Source: Candidatus Thorarchaeota archaeon (GTDB taxonomy: Archaea; Asgardarchaeota; Thorarchaeia; Thorarchaeales; Thorarchaeaceae). From it: a stretch of 49,189 nucleotides of DNA. The position numbers and the translations under genes are program-made. The notes below the pieces were generated by a model. That model was not told the DNA's origin, did no database searches, and saw only the letters and a program-made list of their open reading frames with translations. The stretch is from assembly GCA_048882385.1 (NCBI GenBank), contig JBHLRQ010000013.1, forward strand, positions 1-49,189. Direction: 5' to 3'. Positions 48,875-49,189 of this stretch are shown here, in pieces; within the stretch, counting starts at the first letter, position 1; every line of letters begins with the position of its first letter.

Positions 48875-49189
48875 CTATTCTACATCCTCTTCGTCAATGT
48901 CTTCATCATAGGAGTAGAGATCTTCGAGCTCCAAGTCTTCTCCAGTTTCTTCCAACTCTGGTTCTTCCTCAATGACCTCAAGCTCAGGCTCTTTCTTCTT
49001 CTTTTTAGGCTTAGCTTCTTCCTCTTCGATGACCTCTATTTCCGGTTCTTTCTCTTTCTTCTTTCTCTTTTTCTCAGTCTTGGCCTTCTCTTTTGCTGCC
49101 TCACGCTCAGCAATGAGCTCTTTCTCAATAGCTTCAAGCTCATCCATAAATTCAAGTTCAGCCTCGTCATCGATCAACTCAAGCTCTGG
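48875..49189 (-). CDS. C-terminal acidic/Lys-rich low-complexity tail of a gene starting outside the window
   Basis: Frame is open to the window edge (PELELIDDEAELEF...); KKKKEPE-I/L-EVIEEE occurs twice. Confidence 0.75.
   Translation of the reverse strand, partial: PELELIDDEAELEFMDELEAIEKELIAEREAAKEKAKTEKKRKKKEKEPEIEVIEEEEAKPKKKKKEPELEVIEEEPELEETGEDLELEDLYSYDEDIDEEDVE

Overview
Gene-dense archaeal chromosomal window, most likely from an Asgard archaeon of Thorarchaeia type. This is inferred from archaeal PriL, ABCE1, short TpiA and FBP aldolase/phosphatase, GGAGG/GAGGT RBS motifs, and lineage-typical surface and membrane-anchored proteins. It holds about 50 CDS covering replication and repair (priL, OGG-type glycosylase, toprim), ribosome recycling (ABCE1), central carbon metabolism (class I aldolase, FBPA/P, tpiA, udp), a four-gene MacB/LolCDE-like ABC system, and many hydrolases and methyltransferases. 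No tRNA, rRNA, CRISPR array or intact mobile element was seen. Features absent from the ORF track: a >960-codon surface-protein gene running off the left edge, two canonical box C/D sRNA candidates (21975-22040 + and 35069-35144 -), and a membrane-protein ORF interrupted by an in-frame TAA. Notable protein variants: ABCE1 with Fe-S ligand 6 changed from Cys to Glu, an ABC ATPase with an AbrB-like plus Zn-ribbon tail, a Nif3 homologue lacking its metal histidines, and an IS1-like Zn ribbon gene immediately upstream of priL. All family calls come from motif recognition by eye; no searches were run.
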